A stretch of DNA of 64,000 nt from contig OZ316896.1 of NCBI GenBank assembly GCA_973895155.1, positions 14,542,684 to 14,606,683 on the forward strand. Reading direction: 5' to 3'. The notes below the pieces were generated by a model, which saw nothing but the letters and a program-made list of their open reading frames with translations, was not told the DNA's origin and searched no databases. Of this stretch, positions 1 to 13,721 are shown piece after piece. Position numbers and translations under genes: made by a program. The number at the start of each line of letters is the position of its first letter. The first letter of the stretch is position 1. The stretch comes from Marsupella aquatica. Taxonomy: Eukaryota; Plantae; Marchantiophyta.

Positions 1-3000
1 TATCAACAGACCACAACCTCGTCAGGAGGAAAATCTTGTTTCGGGAGGTCTCACCAACTAAATTATGTCTCATTAGTCACAGAGATCCAAGACCACTGAT
101 GACTTGGTTACCTTCAATAGACTAGAGTAAAAATGTTTGGACATGAAGGTTCTAGCGAGAAGAGGGTCCAAAGAACCGTGTTGCCACTGATCCAATTAAT
201 AGAACAGCAAGATGTAAAAGTTGGGGCAGGACAAGAAGAAAGTGCCAAATGAGAGAAGAGTGTGCAATCCACAATAGATGCATGGCAAATTCACCAAAGA
301 TTTTCCATGGAGGAAAGTGTGGGTGATCTGTTGGGAGACATCAAAGCAATTTCCCAAACCATTTTTCAGTATGCCATCCCCAAGATTGAACAAAATAGTA
401 AGCTCCCCACAAGAATTTGATTACTGAGCTTGCCCCTTGCAGAACATCAGATTGACTAAACTGCTTCAAATGATTTGAATCCTGACTAAGATTATGGGAC
501 CCAAAAATCTCCACTTTAGAACACAATGCCGTGGCACTGTGCTTGGGGAAAATGGTAGCTGACATTTCTAATGAAATGGAAGAATATTTTATATAAAATG
601 CTACATTTGTGTGAGGAGGTAAACTGCAGGTTCCTAGGGAGTCAACTACAAAAATCATATGTGATTAAAAATAAGTATTTAGTATCTTGTTGGCAAAATT
701 TATGAAAAATGGGAACAATGAGGTGCTATAGAGAATATTGAAACACATTGAAAATGGCAATATTTATATTTATTCATAAATAGAGGTATTTAAATTAGAT
801 CATGATCAAACAAATTCATACATTGAACTCTCCCTTAGCACACTTATAGTGGTGGTCGTTGAACATAGTTTGGCTATGATAGCTATGCTAGAGCTACAAA
901 TGGTTGAGGGCTAGAAGGTCCTGTAATTCAACTTGATGATCGAGGACCCAACTTTGTTACTAATAAAATTAGCTAATTAGACAAATGTCCAGATGCTATA
1001 AAATTGTCCACCTAGTGGCAATGGATCAAATTGTATAGAGTTCGAACATAATTTGCATGAATTAGAGAATTGGCTTGTCTTTCCTTCTAACAAAATTTAT
1101 ACAATAAAGTATGGTACAATTTTCATGCTACCTATATTTTTTACATCCCATTTCCATAATATTGTGATTTATTACATACATAATTGCCAAATCTTTTTAT
1201 CAAATACATACTTTTCCCCATTCTTTTTAGTTTTACCAGTATTCTGTCAATTTTTTGCAGTGATTGTTTTAGCAATTAACTCTAATTAGCTTGAAATAAT
1301 CAAAAGGTCAACCTTGCCAATTTTTATCTTTAGACTCTCATCACTGTCCTCATCTTAACCTCAACACCCCCTCCCACCCTTGATAAAGCGGGATGAGGGA
1401 CTTGGGCAGCCAGGGTTGGACTGGGGTGGAGTGGGGTGGGACAGGACCCTGGACAGGACAAACAAATGAGACCCAGCCCAATGTCGATGGTACTCGCGGT
1501 ACTGTAGTATGGTTAGAAGACACTAAAGACTATCCAATGGTGAAACCTGGTCGGTCAGTTGCAAGGTCGGTTGTTAGCTGTCAAACTGTTCGAGGCTAAT
1601 TAGAGTACTTTTCCTGACCAGCAGAGGAAAATGATGACAAAGTAGGTATGTTGGCAAAAAGGATTGACACAATTCTAGAATGAGTTCCCCCTGCATCTAC
1701 CGAGGGCTGCCACTAAATACGGAAAAAGAACACCTAAGCACACCACACGGTGTGGCCACCACCACCCTAGCATTGCCGCTACATCTTGAAGCTTGCCTAT
1801 TAACCTAAAACATGCAGCACACACATGTGTCACCAACCTATCCTATCCTAATGGGAGACTATCGGTGCCTTTTGAGGGTGTCCACTATCACTCCGCTAAG
1901 AAGGTCTTGCTCGAGTCCACAACTTCCTACCTACTCGACTTATGTAACTAACCGGCCAACCATGTCCACCGGCATCAATCTTCCTGGCTGCCATCATCCA
2001 TTTGTCAAAAACTAAGAGAGCCCCACCAATTGTCAAAAGCAAAATTTTATTAGAATTCATTTATGAGAAAATATATGGACAGCCTTGCTTTTATTCATTG
2101 CAACTCTTAAAATGGTTTGTAAAACATACATCAAATATCCAAGATATGTCGACCATTCAAGTTTTAAGTGCGATCAGGTCGTAGTCTCCCTTTGTTTTGT
2201 CCATACAACACAAGGCAACTCCAACTTCTCCCGAAACAACAATCCCCACATTTTTTGTTGTCGCTTCCACCTTTGGGAAAACTGGGACTCCCTTCCTTTA
2301 TGATCTATGGACATCCATGCAGCCCTGAAGTTACATAATTTTCAGAGAAATTTGTTTGACCATATCTTAGTGACCTTAGGTCCGTTTTAGACGTGTCACA
2401 TCTTGTTGGATTCATCTTGGCGAGCTTTTTCCAACAAGCCCCTAAAGAGATCCATGACTCTGAGCTGGTTTTAAAAAACCAATATCCATACAACCAAAGT
2501 AGTACATGTGGTACATGTGGGTTCAATCCTCATTGGACAAGTCACCATCACTATATTATTTTCATCCTTCTTGTTTTGCACCTCATGTGGAGCCTCCAGC
2601 CAACCCCAACCCATCAGGATGCCTACACTTTGACCTCCAATTCTTGGGACAAACAATTCAATGGGTCCAATGCCACCATGAGACCAAATTCCCCTCGCAA
2701 CTCAGGTTCCAGGTTGTGACATCAATTTATTCGAGCTAACACAAAATAATCCAGTCACTTTAACAGACCAATTTGTAGTTCAACTTATATACCTTGGTAC
2801 TAAGTTACTACCGGGTTTAGGCAAACAGTGACCCTGTCATAGTTCCTTTTGTGTGCCCTTTTGTGGCATGTCCCCAGGCGTGTCACATCTGTAAATGTTT
2901 GTGAACATAAAAAGGACCAGACGAGCAAAGCGTTAAAGGCTTAGATTGATTAGCCATGATTAAATTAGCATCAAATCGCCAATGAGGTCAACTAATCCTC

Positions 3001-6000
3001 ACAAATGCCGCTCAGATTGGCGCCTCTTCTTAGCAAAGCTGCGATTTTAGCATATGACCCTTTCTTCTCCTGGCTCTGGTCCAAACCTGCCCTGCCCATC
3101 CAAGACTATGCCCAGGGTGAGTAAAAAGCACTTTCTAACTTTCTCCCTTGGCCCTGCCTGCAGATAAGGAAATGGAGTTGTCAAGTATTTTTTACATCAG
3201 TTGAATTATTTCACCTTCTGGTTGCAACTGAGCTTGACCTGTGCTTCTCCCAGGTCTGGTCTAAGCCTGTCCGTTCTGGAAGAAGGCTCTATTCATTCAT
3301 TCATGCCCACAGTGCGAAACTTCTTTCTCTGCCTGCAGAGTAGGAATGGAAAAAGAAGGAAGCTGTGTTGCTTACTTGTGACTACTCTAGTGCTAATTAG
3401 GTTAAGACAATAAGGTCAAAGTAAATTAATTTTGGCTCCCAGTATGAAAATGAAATATTCCTAAAGTGTTATATGTACTTTTTGGATGTGGGGAGGAAAT
3501 AGATTCCAGATTTGATAGCCTAAAAATCTTCAAATGCAAAATGTCCAGGAATTATTTTAAATAAAATAAAATGCTCTAGCTAAGTATCAGGGGTAGCAAA
3601 AAAAATAGATTGAGAAAACTTGTTGGTCAGTGAAGATTAATATATACACCCTCGAAACTTCTGGAAGCAAATTAAAGTAACTTACTGAGCCTGGTCACCA
3701 TTGCAGTAAAGGCTGTACTCTCATATAGTATCGAATTGCCATCCCAGTTTGCACATGACCAACACAAAACATAAGTTTTTTTCAGTTTAGTGAATAACTC
3801 AAGGCAAGACTACGAACTTAAAGTCCGGGTGGACTGACACGTTGTCCATGAAGCCCCAATGGACAAGCCAAACTTGAATGGACTGAACAAATACACAAAG
3901 ATATGCTAAGATGTTGTTTTTTTTTTATTCTGTCCAAAACAACCATGTATGATCATCACTTCTATCCAGAAAGTATTTTTGTCTTTTATTTCATCATCAT
4001 TTTTGACTAAAAGATATCATGTCAGTGGCCAGAGCAGTCTTGATTGCGAGTTTTGCTTTATTTGGGGGTTTTATTCTTTTATTATCTTTTCCCTCCTGAT
4101 AGTACTCTAACCATGTTTTAGAGTTCAACAAAAGAACATAAAAGTAAAGTACATTCAATTGTTACGGACCCCACTAGAGGTCCCTTCCAAAATTCCTGAC
4201 TCCACAGCATGCCACATCATCATGGTGCGCTACAAATAGGAACGGATTGGTTTCCACAATGAAATTATGCCAACATTTGTGTTTTCGGCAAGATTTTGGT
4301 AAAATTGAGGACGCCATGCCGTAAAGCTTGATGTCAAAAGTTATCAAAAATAACTATTTTATTTACCCTGAGTAGGCTTTCAACTCAGTTTTATTTACCA
4401 CGCTTAACCAACTGCCCACACTTTTTTTTGAATTGTAATTCAATTGTAATTAAAGTAATGAAGCAACACTTTAGGGTTTAGGGTTAAGAATCTTGAGCAT
4501 GGCAGTTAAGAATCCTGTTTCTGCAGCGCCAGAAGGTCATTTCTGTCTAGCACTCCTTCTCTAGCAATCTGTCTTCCGGCATTGTCATTTCCTCGTGTCG
4601 TGCTCGTGGACAAAAGAATTATATGACGAACAGATTCAGCTTGTGAAGTAGGCAATTACTGAGCAGGAAATACCAAACATTGCTCCACAACTTGATGCAA
4701 CTTAGTGAGCGTTGCCCTACTTTTTTGGAGTGGAGATCCCAATCGGTAACAAACAAAAGAACATAACAATTTCATGAGGACGAAATGAGCACACTGACTG
4801 CACCATCGCTCTTGTGGGTTGTTACAGATCCAATCTATTACACAGGCTCGTATTTCAGGAGTTCATAAAGGAGGCAACTTGAAATCAAAGACCAGTCTGC
4901 ATGGTCCATATCTGGTTTTTGAAAGGGAAGAGCTTACCCAGTGCTCCATTGCACCAGACAGAGCTCGACTTGATTTGGCAGTAAGAAATACTATCTAGCA
5001 ATTGATAGACCAAGGCTCTACAAGTTTCTACGAGCATAGTCGATGCCTTTTCATGATCAAATTGAAAATATTAGAAGTGAAGCTGATTTGAGAGATCACT
5101 TGATAAGGACGCAGATCATTATTGGAGCGAATAGAAGCAGTGACTCTATCAAACACATCGACTCTCAAGAGGCGCGTTTGCAAGAGGCTGTGGTAAAAAG
5201 GATTGTGTTTAAAGAGACGTTCAATTATGGATAAAGGATTTTGATGAAATCATCCGGGAGTTCTAGGGTGAGAGGTCAATGTGGTTATTGTGAGGAAGAA
5301 GGAATGGAAACTAAGAGATGAGGAACTCGGGGCGGAGGAGTAGGTTTGGCTGCTGAAAGGCGAAAAAGATTGAAAGGTTCAGGTGACGAGTAGAGCTGTT
5401 TGGGAGACAGTAGCGGGAATGCATTTGTTGAAGTTCAAGAGAGAAACGGTCAAATGTGACTTCTATGATGAGAAGAATTGGATTGAAAACTGATAGATAA
5501 TGTGAATGGGTCATAAGGAATTGGGAAATGTAATGGAGAAGATAGGTGTACACGAACTAATTTGAGCACCTTATCTAGCCTTTATGGTAAATGAAACAAT
5601 GTGTGGACTAAGCATTTTCACATTTTACTCATAGCACTTCAAAAAGTTTCTTCAATTAGGACAAAAAACAAAATGAACTAAATTTTCTTCAAGAATATTA
5701 TTTGTATAATGTACCAAAAAATTATATCCTATTTTTCATAGAGTGGTGCTCCAGTGTTAAGAAGAATTTTGATTTATATTGCTGCTGCAAAGCTACCTTA
5801 GAATCTAATCTAATTGAAAATTGTTGACGAATCTCATTTTTCAGAGAACACTGCTCTTGTCACAAAGGGCACTTCAAGTAATTTTGTCACTGCAGAGCTT
5901 TAAGAAATTATGTGTTTGAAAGAAGATTGCTCTTGCTACAATAAGAACTTTGAGTATTTAACCAAAATTTCAAATACAATACTAATTAGTTCGTGGACCC

Positions 6001-6898
6001 TCTAGTTACATTTTTTAGGCCTTGTTTGAATAAAAATAATATATGTGATATTAGCTTTAGCTCAAGTTATGGGAGTCTATTATGGTCCAAAATGATCTGG
6101 TAACACACGTTATTATGCTGAGACAGTTTTACAAATTTTAGTGAAAATATAATATAAATTACCTCATCCAATGTGATTTTGCAATAGTTTTCATAATGAC
6201 CAAAAAAATGAGTGCTTTTAGCTTGAGTTTTGAGAGGCTAATATGGTTCATAATGCTCTGCTAGCAGGCATTAAACACTGAAGATATATGATATATTTTA
6301 GCTAATTTTAGAACATTAATAAACTCAAGGCTCAGTTTTTTTTAGTTAGTTGATTTTGGGCATTGGATGACACTATATTAGACCACTAAAGTGCCATGGG
6401 CACTTTGAGTTGAGAAAACTCCTTTCTCAAGTTCAATTGAGAAGACTCCTTTTCTCAACATTCAAGGAACCCTAACCTTTCTAGTAGTTGAGCCCTGTTA
6501 ATTTGTAGAAGATTTATCAATGTACTTTCAAATAATTGGAAATTCTAAAGATTTCACTGAAGTCTGACTTTGGCTAATTTTGAATTAGAGGTTAATAGCC
6601 TCGTGACCTTGACGCAGCTATTCACCAAATGGACAAGGGCAAAGCTAGCTTTGAGAAGAGAGAAGTCTGATTAGGAAGGGAAGTTGGTAGTCATGTTGTG
6701 TTGAACAAGTAGGATAGATTTTCTCACAAAATCATTGTGGACCCATTCAGCCATGGCCTTAGCAGTTTGACATTTTCAACTGTCACATGAATACTTTGCT
6801 TTGCAGGCCGAAGTTGACAACGTGATTTATCACAAGTAGTTGTCAAAATCAGGCCTTTTCGCTACATGCAACCAAATTCTCAAGAGAGTTAATAGTCA

Positions 6899-7299
6899 AT
6901 TCGTGACAATTCCATTTGAAACCAGATCAATGTCTGATCAAATGAATTGTATCAATTCATTGAGTTCAAGTTTTGACCATAAGCTCCGACCATGGCAGTT
7001 TGCCTGAATTGCAAAAGGCTGGAAATCTTACTCCATGTGCTACTTACCCGTTAACAAGGAAGTTATCAAGTTAGTTATTAGTCATTCTTTATTATAAGAT
7101 TCGTGACAACTCCATTTGAAACCAGATCAATATCTGATCAAATGAATTGTATCAATTCATTGAGTTCAAGTTTCGACCATAAGTTTTGACCATGGCAGTT
7201 TGCCTGAATTGCAAAAGGCTGGAAATCTTACTCCATGTGCTACTTACCCGTTAACAAGGAAGTTATCAAGTTAGTTATTAGTCATTCTTTATTATAAGA
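6899..7299. repeat. Tandem duplication, 2 x ~200 bp
   Basis: TTCGTGACAA(T/C)TCCATTTGAAACCAGATCAAT...GTCATTCTTTATTATAAGAT occurs at ~6900 and ~7100 with only a few substitutions. Confidence 0.92.
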
Positions 7300-8185
7300 T
7301 ATTTTTTTTCAAATCTTTGAATTTAATTTTAAAATTGGATACGTAACTAAAACGGTTACATAGTGACAGTTTTACCCTCTTGCTCTTTGCATTTCTAAAT
7401 TTTAACATTTCTTTTTACGGCATGGCGTCCCAAAATTTACACCCAAATTGACGTAAACACGAATGAAAACTGTAAGTTTGATTCACAAAAATGACGAGTC
7501 TTGTTTGTTGCGGTTGTTGTTGATGTGGCATGCTCTGGTGCAAGGAATTTTGGAAGGGACCTCTCATGGGGCCGTAAATATTCAGTCTATTCCATGCATT
7601 TTTCAACTCACTATTACGTGCACAGTCATAGTCTTTTGAAGTAATTGAAATGTAATGTTAAACTGTCAGTGAATTTATTATCTTGATTCTCTCATGGTAA
7701 GGTGTAAAGTGCTCAATTTATGGGTTACAGTCCATGGGGATGATGGGAGACAACCTTCATGTCCATCCAAGCTTTGGTTCCAAGACTACTCTTCCCAAAA
7801 CAACATGTACACTGAAAATTAGTCCAATATACTTAGAACATTCTTATAGTTAACATGCGACAATTCTTTTCTAGCTTCCACAAATACCTTAGAAAGGCTG
7901 TTAGTTTGTTAGTAGAGCCCAAAATCAAATTATATAATCACTGTGTGAACCTACTATCCACAGCTTATGATCTAGAGTGAACCCTATAGTAGGTGACTCT
8001 AGAAGTTAGTATAATTGAAGTTGAGGTGCTACAGGATACCAAGTGTTGGGGGGCAATGTGAGTCTCTAAAATTGCACAGCTGTGAGGAGTGTCCCTGAAT
8101 CAACTGAATGCAATTTGGACAACAAGATTGAATGTTCTCACCTCTACTGATACTGAAAAACCAAACAATTAAACTAGTTTTAGTA

Positions 8186-8400
8186 GGGGGCCTCAAACCT
8201 CAAAATTTGATGTAATTTTATTTTCAGTAGTTAAGGTTACTACCAAATTCATGGTACATAGTGGTTTGCCATAAAGATTGGTCATATGCTATGACCATAA
8301 ATCACAATAAAGGCTAGCAAAAAACAAACAAACTTGTCCATTACCCCGTGAAAAAGCTTTGATTCTTTGTTTATGGAAAAAACTATCATCGTTAACTAGG
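8186..8400 (+). repeat. Dispersed repeat, copy 1 (copy 2 at ~60204-60372)
   Basis: Shared blocks GGGGCCTCAAACCTCAAAA, TTTGCCATAAA(A)GATTGGTCATATGC(T/C)ATGACCA and GTGAAAAAG occur in the same order at both sites. Confidence 0.7.
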
Positions 8401-8552
8401 AAGCTTTGAAACTCCCTAATACTTATCATTTATCTTTTATCTTATCGCATGTGCAAACTAAACGGAAATCGCACTACGGCACTACACTACCTATTTTCGA
8501 ACGTGAGCAACGGCAGATTCAGCGTCTCCCCCTCGTGCGAAGAAGCGATGGA

Positions 8553-8830
8553 AGCAACGAGAGACAGTGGAGGCAAGGGGCGACCCGGCGATATGGCGGG
8601 TGAGGGGTGGGGCGGGCGAGGGGCGGAGGCCAGGCAACGAGAGACAGTGGAGGCAAGGCGAGACCCGGGGGTATGGCGGGCGAGGGGCGGGCGAGGGGCG
8701 GAAGCGCAGGAGCGGCCGCCGAGGGGCGGAAGAGGGAGGAAGAGACGAGACCAGAGGAGAGACGAGAGGAGAGACGAGAAGAGAAGAAAAGAGACGAGGA
8801 GAGGGGACAAGAGGAAGAGGGAGAGAAGAG
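8553..8830 (+). repeat. Duplicated ~70-bp G-rich unit followed by a GA-rich tract in the LARP6 promoter/5' leader
   Basis: GCAACGAGAGACAGTGGAGGCAAGG...TATGGCGGG occurs at 8553 and 8634; a purine-rich GAGA tract spans ~8730-8830. Confidence 0.75.
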
Positions 8831-8944
8831 GAATAGGCCGTTTCCTCGTCTCAGTCGTTGGGTCGAGAGACCGACCTCAGCAGAGGGAGGGAGCGCCATG
8901 GCAGAAGCGATGATCGAGTAGGAGGAGACGAGAGGGAGGCTGTC

Positions 8945-11900
8945 ATGGCCCCAGCCCGCTCCTCCTCCACCTCAACGGCAGCAGTGGCAGAAGAAGGCAC
9001 GGAGCAAAGCCCGTCCGTGGCTCCGACTGCATCGGTTGCCGTTGTTGTTCCGGCTATGGGCGCGATTGCGAAGAAGGGTGCAGCAGAAGTAGCACCAGCA
9101 GGAGCAGCAGCAGAAGCAGTATCCAACGGTTTATCGACGACGACGAAGGCGAAGACGATTTCGAGTTCTTCTTCGACTGGGGCCACGGGAGTGCAAGGCA
9201 GCAATGTTGTAGGTAATTCCTCGTCCTCGGGGATGGATCAGCAGGAACAACAGCAGCAGGAGCAAGAGCAGGAGCAGGAGCAGCAGCATCCGGTGTCAGA
9301 GACTTTTGGGCGATCGTTATCGGGAAGTAAACTGAGCGCTGAGGCCCCCGAGTTTGTTCCCAAGAGTATCGTGCCGCCGTTGGGGCTGCCGGGGTTTGTT
9401 ATTCCTACTTTGGTTTCAGGAAGGTCGTTGCCGATTCCTGGAGTGCTTCCGGTTCAGTTTGTTGCAGCCGAGCAGCCGTCTGTGTCATCATCAACATCAT
9501 CATCGTCGCAATTCGATTCATCCGCGGCTTCCACAGCTGCCACTTCACCGCCTCTGGTACAGGGTGCTGGTGTGTCACCTCCTCTTGTTTCCGGGTTGGA
9601 AGAGGGATTCCCGCACGAGCTTTCTCCACCGCAGACTCACGCAACTGTTCCTACCCATGCCTCTCATCCCAAGCCTGTCGTTACCGAAGAACTCAAGGCC
9701 AAGATCGTGAAACAGGTTGGTGACCTTTCCCTCACCATGATTAGCTGAATTAGTCGAAACGTACAGGAGGAGGTTTGAGTTGGAATAGTGTCTTTTTCCG
9801 GATGGCAACGGCTTCGCTCAGCCGTATTAGAGAAGTGGCTCCAGCTGGCGTCAGGAACCGGGAAGGTATTGGGATCAAAGGGTTACATCTATGCGAACGA
9901 GATTTGCAACCCCACAAGTTGAGGAAATTGGTTTTCTACTCGTGTGCCAAGTACCGTGCATCGAACACAACGTACCTTGCTGATTAGCGGAACGTGAAAC
10001 CAGATGAAGCGAAAAGAGATCTTGATTTCAGATGGATGAGGCTGGTCGTAGCTGTGAGTGGGTCAGATCCTCCAGCACGAAGTACCTACCGCTATTCTTG
10101 TTGGTTCTTGTGGATTCCTGATTATTTTAATGTACGAAACCTAAGAATCATTACTCGGTAGTTATTATCTTCAGATCTCGATTTAGATCCGGCAGATTTT
10201 GAGGGACATCCAAGCATATGGTTTCAGCGGTGCAAAACCTGGTCGGGCAAACACTATGATCAATCTATTCCTGCTCTTCGCATTCTAGGGTTGTCATACT
10301 GCAAGTTTATTCTAATCGTCGAGTGAAAGTTGCATGCCCTAGCTTTCCGTGGATGTTGTTTGTGACCTAATTTAATGTGGTAAGTAAATTAAAGAGCCGT
10401 TTTTGGTGGCTACGGCGATTAAAGGTCCTGGATTTTTGCAATGCTTTTCCTCCCGGAAGGCTGACGTGTCAGGTGATATTTAGGGGAAACTCCGAGTCTT
10501 TTGACGTGATGGTAGGACTGATTGTTGATCCTCTCTATGTTGGTAACCTTGCTTTCCTGTAGGTGAGTTTATGATCACAGTAATTTGCATGTATTTGATC
10601 TTTCTAGTGGCTCTGTTTCAGGTCGAGTTCTACTTCAGTGACCAAAATCTCCCCACTGATAACTACCTGATGAAATTCGTGAAAAAGGATCCAGACGGTT
10701 TCGGTACGAAATCCCTACTTGCTTACAATGATTCTCTGAACCAATCCGATGCTGTACCTAGACATGTCCATTCTGTCTTTATAATATTAGAGGATTTTTC
10801 CACACGTTTCAAATCGTCTATGATATGGGTGCTTTCACGGAAACTCATCGTGCAGTACTTCCAGGCCGAATTTTCTGTTTAACTTGCACAGTTTGTAAGT
10901 AAGATCGATGCCTTGAAGAAATGGGAGTCTAGATCAGTCTTCCCTGGCTCGGAGGTCCTGGATATGCGATCCCAGTGTTGTATCAGGGTTGCATGAACGT
11001 TGCTTCGAACTTTGCTTTTGCCGCGGGCATCTATTCGTTTGTTGTTGCCCACTGATAGTCAATATTAGGTTTTCTACAAAGTGTCTTAATGAATGGCCAA
11101 ATCATGTGATCACTGAAGGTGTTGTTAATCTAGCTCCTTCAACCGAAGTCGGTGACGATGATACTATACCTAGTTCGTGGTATCTTGTCTGTTTGGGTCG
11201 TTCCATAGAACTTTTTGTGGTGAATTGAGCTGCTCCATGTTTTCTTTGTTATTGCAGTTCCCATCCCTGTTGTGGCAGCATTCAGGAAGATTAAGAATCT
11301 TGCGAAAAACCATGGTGTTGTGGCTGCTGCGCTAAGAAATTCAACCTTTTTGGTGAGTTCATATTTTCACTCTTAGGAAGTACATAAACTATCTGATTCA
11401 ATCGTTAATTGTACTCACTAGGTCCATGCCTAGGGCACTGTACATGAGCTGTGCTCTGAATATGGATATACCCTGTGCTTTCCTCTAAGAAAGTTTATTG
11501 GTATTTTCCTTGCAGGTAGTCAGCGATGATGGAAAAAAAGTTCGTCGAGCTCAACCATTACCTGATGTCGATTTGGAAGAAGTCCAGGTTAGGCCATAGC
11601 TTCCAACTTTAGTGACTCGTTGCCAGATTCCACTCTCGTAGTTTTTGCTTGACTTTGACTTGTTCAATACGCGTGTCAGTGCTGTTGCATGCGTACTTAA
11701 ATTAACGAGGAGCATACGACTGTTTGTATTACATTTGGAGCCTTCAGTACAATATAAGGACCCTGGGATCAGTTCTTGAAGTGAATTTGTCCTCGATACT
11801 AATGATTTTGGGTGGGGCAAAACCTCGAGACGTATTGTTTGCTTAATTCTGAATCTTTCTTTTGTTTTTAATTTTTTTGTTTTCTTGCAGTCACGCACTG

Positions 11901-13721
11901 TGGTGGCAGAGAATCTTCCTGAAGATCATTCCATTGAGAGTATTGAACAGCTATTCAGCTCAGTTGGCAAGTATGGATTACCTTTCTTACCCACCATACT
12001 GTCCCAGAGAATTTTTGTTGGTTTATATGTGCTTGTCAACGTTTCGTTCGAGGTATTTGTGTTGTAAACAGTAATATAATACGGTACGTCATGGAACCTT
12101 ACGTTAATATAGATCTTTGAGTTGTTTGCACTTGACGAATGTTCATCTTGGTGAGGGGTCATAAGCCGAGATCGTTTTGTCCTGACATTGGTTGACGGCA
12201 CTAGATACGTTTAATTTTAAGAGAATGTCACTGAGAATTGTTGGCCATTTTTCTAAGTGAAGTCAGTCGGTTGTACGTGTAGTGTAAAAATGGTGCGGAT
12301 ATGCCAACCTGAAGCAGCGAATGGGGCCAATCAGACAGCGGCAAAGTTCAAGTCGGATATGGTTGTCAGTAATAAGGTGAGTTTTGCGTATGGGGGAATT
12401 GGAATAGGTTAGATTGTTTTCTCCAAGCGTGCAAACAATCTGAGTTCTGACGAGCAGGGATAAGCTTTTTACGTTTTGTAGCATGATGCATAAGTGAACT
12501 AACACTTCAAAATTGTCTTGGCAGTTACATGCTCTTGTGGAGTTTGAAACTGTCGAGCAGGCTGAGAAAGCTGTGAGTTTCAGTTTTGATATCAGACTCG
12601 ATTTTGTTGTCATCGTATTGAGTTATTTTTATCCGTTTACTTGCAGTACGGATGATCAGGGTAGGGAAGCAGTGAACTGCCATTCTATTTTGTGATTTCC
12701 TTATATTTTGGACTACTGTGCTAAGGTGTTCCTCACCTGGTTACTTTGCATCACGATTGGTTATATTCTTATGGTTCGCATGGGATTTTAGTGTTGATTC
12801 AACCAATTGTGTTGGGTAATCAGGTGGTTGCACTTACTGACAAGGGAAATTGGAGAAGTGGGCTCCGAGTGCGGCTGCTGTTGCGACGCACGGTAACTGC
12901 TCACAAACAGAGTGCCCAAGGACGTTTGACTTGAGTTGCATCTTCTTTCATACAACATGCTTCCGTCTTTGTAGTATCTCAAGTGTTGGGACAAGATTTC
13001 CAAATATCCTAGTGTTTTCTTCTGCAAGGAGGTTTCTCACACCTAAGTTTGTGCTGCAGTTCCAGAGCAAACACGGATTTCAACAAGCTCCTTTCCAGAA
13101 AGGTCGTAAAGCTGGAGGGGAGGACAGTGGCGAAGATGATGAAACCGGAGCAGAGGACAAGTCCTGGGAGGAGTCCGGTCACCACCATGATCGAAGTGAA
13201 GAAGCTCCGGTACGCACGTCGTCTAGTGTTATTTTTTATCTTTTGCATGCCATTTACTTGCGTTCAAGAAAGAGATGATCCGAGGCAGAATCCTTGCTCA
13301 CACGTTTCTGAAGACGTGTTACTTGGATGTACGTTACTTGGATGTACGTCACTGAAGAGGTTTTGGTAAAGGAAATATCTTTTGGTCATAAGACTAATCA
13401 TGTCACTTGCTGGTTGAGTGATTGCAGGGGAACGATGCAACTGGGACAGCAGTAGATCGAGATGGAGGAAAGAAAGGGAAAGGGCGTGGTCGTGGCCGAG
13501 GTCCAGCAGGCCGGGGCAAAGGTCAGCATGGCGGCCCTCATCCTCATCATGTGGGCTCCAATGGCAGTCGTAACCACCAGTTGGGAACTTCTCCTCAGAC
13601 TTCTCATAACCTGATTTCCAGTGAGGTAGTAGGTAGGCCGCCGCCGGGGCCTCGTATGCCTGATGGGACAAGAGGTTTTACATTAGGACGGGGTAAAGTC
13701 CCTATTGTGGGTTCTGCTTAA
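8945..13721 (+). CDS. LARP6: La-related protein 6 (PAM2 + La motif + RRM + LSA motif), 10 exons
   Basis: Exons 8945-9715, 10622-10703, 11258-11352, 11516-11587, 11891-11970, 12283-12376, 12525-12572, 12824-12892, 13060-13209, 13428-13721, all GT-AG and in phase. PAM2 SKLSAEAPEFVP; La motif KIVKQ|VEFYFSDQNLPTDNYL; RRM SRTVVAENLPEDHS...ALVEFET; C-terminal LSA PRMPDGTRGFTLGRG. Confidence 0.95.

Noticed and set aside
4470-4486. TTTAGGGTTTAGGGTT telomere-like motif
   Set aside because: Only about two units; at most a telo-box, not an interstitial telomeric array.
1-6800. Short ORFs (e.g. 5043-5234) possibly from degraded retroelements or genes
   Set aside because: No recognisable RT, integrase, transposase or host-gene motif, so they cannot be supported.
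8406-8921. Several overlapping Arg/Glu/Gly-rich ORFs
   Set aside because: By-products of stop-poor GA/G-rich leader sequence.
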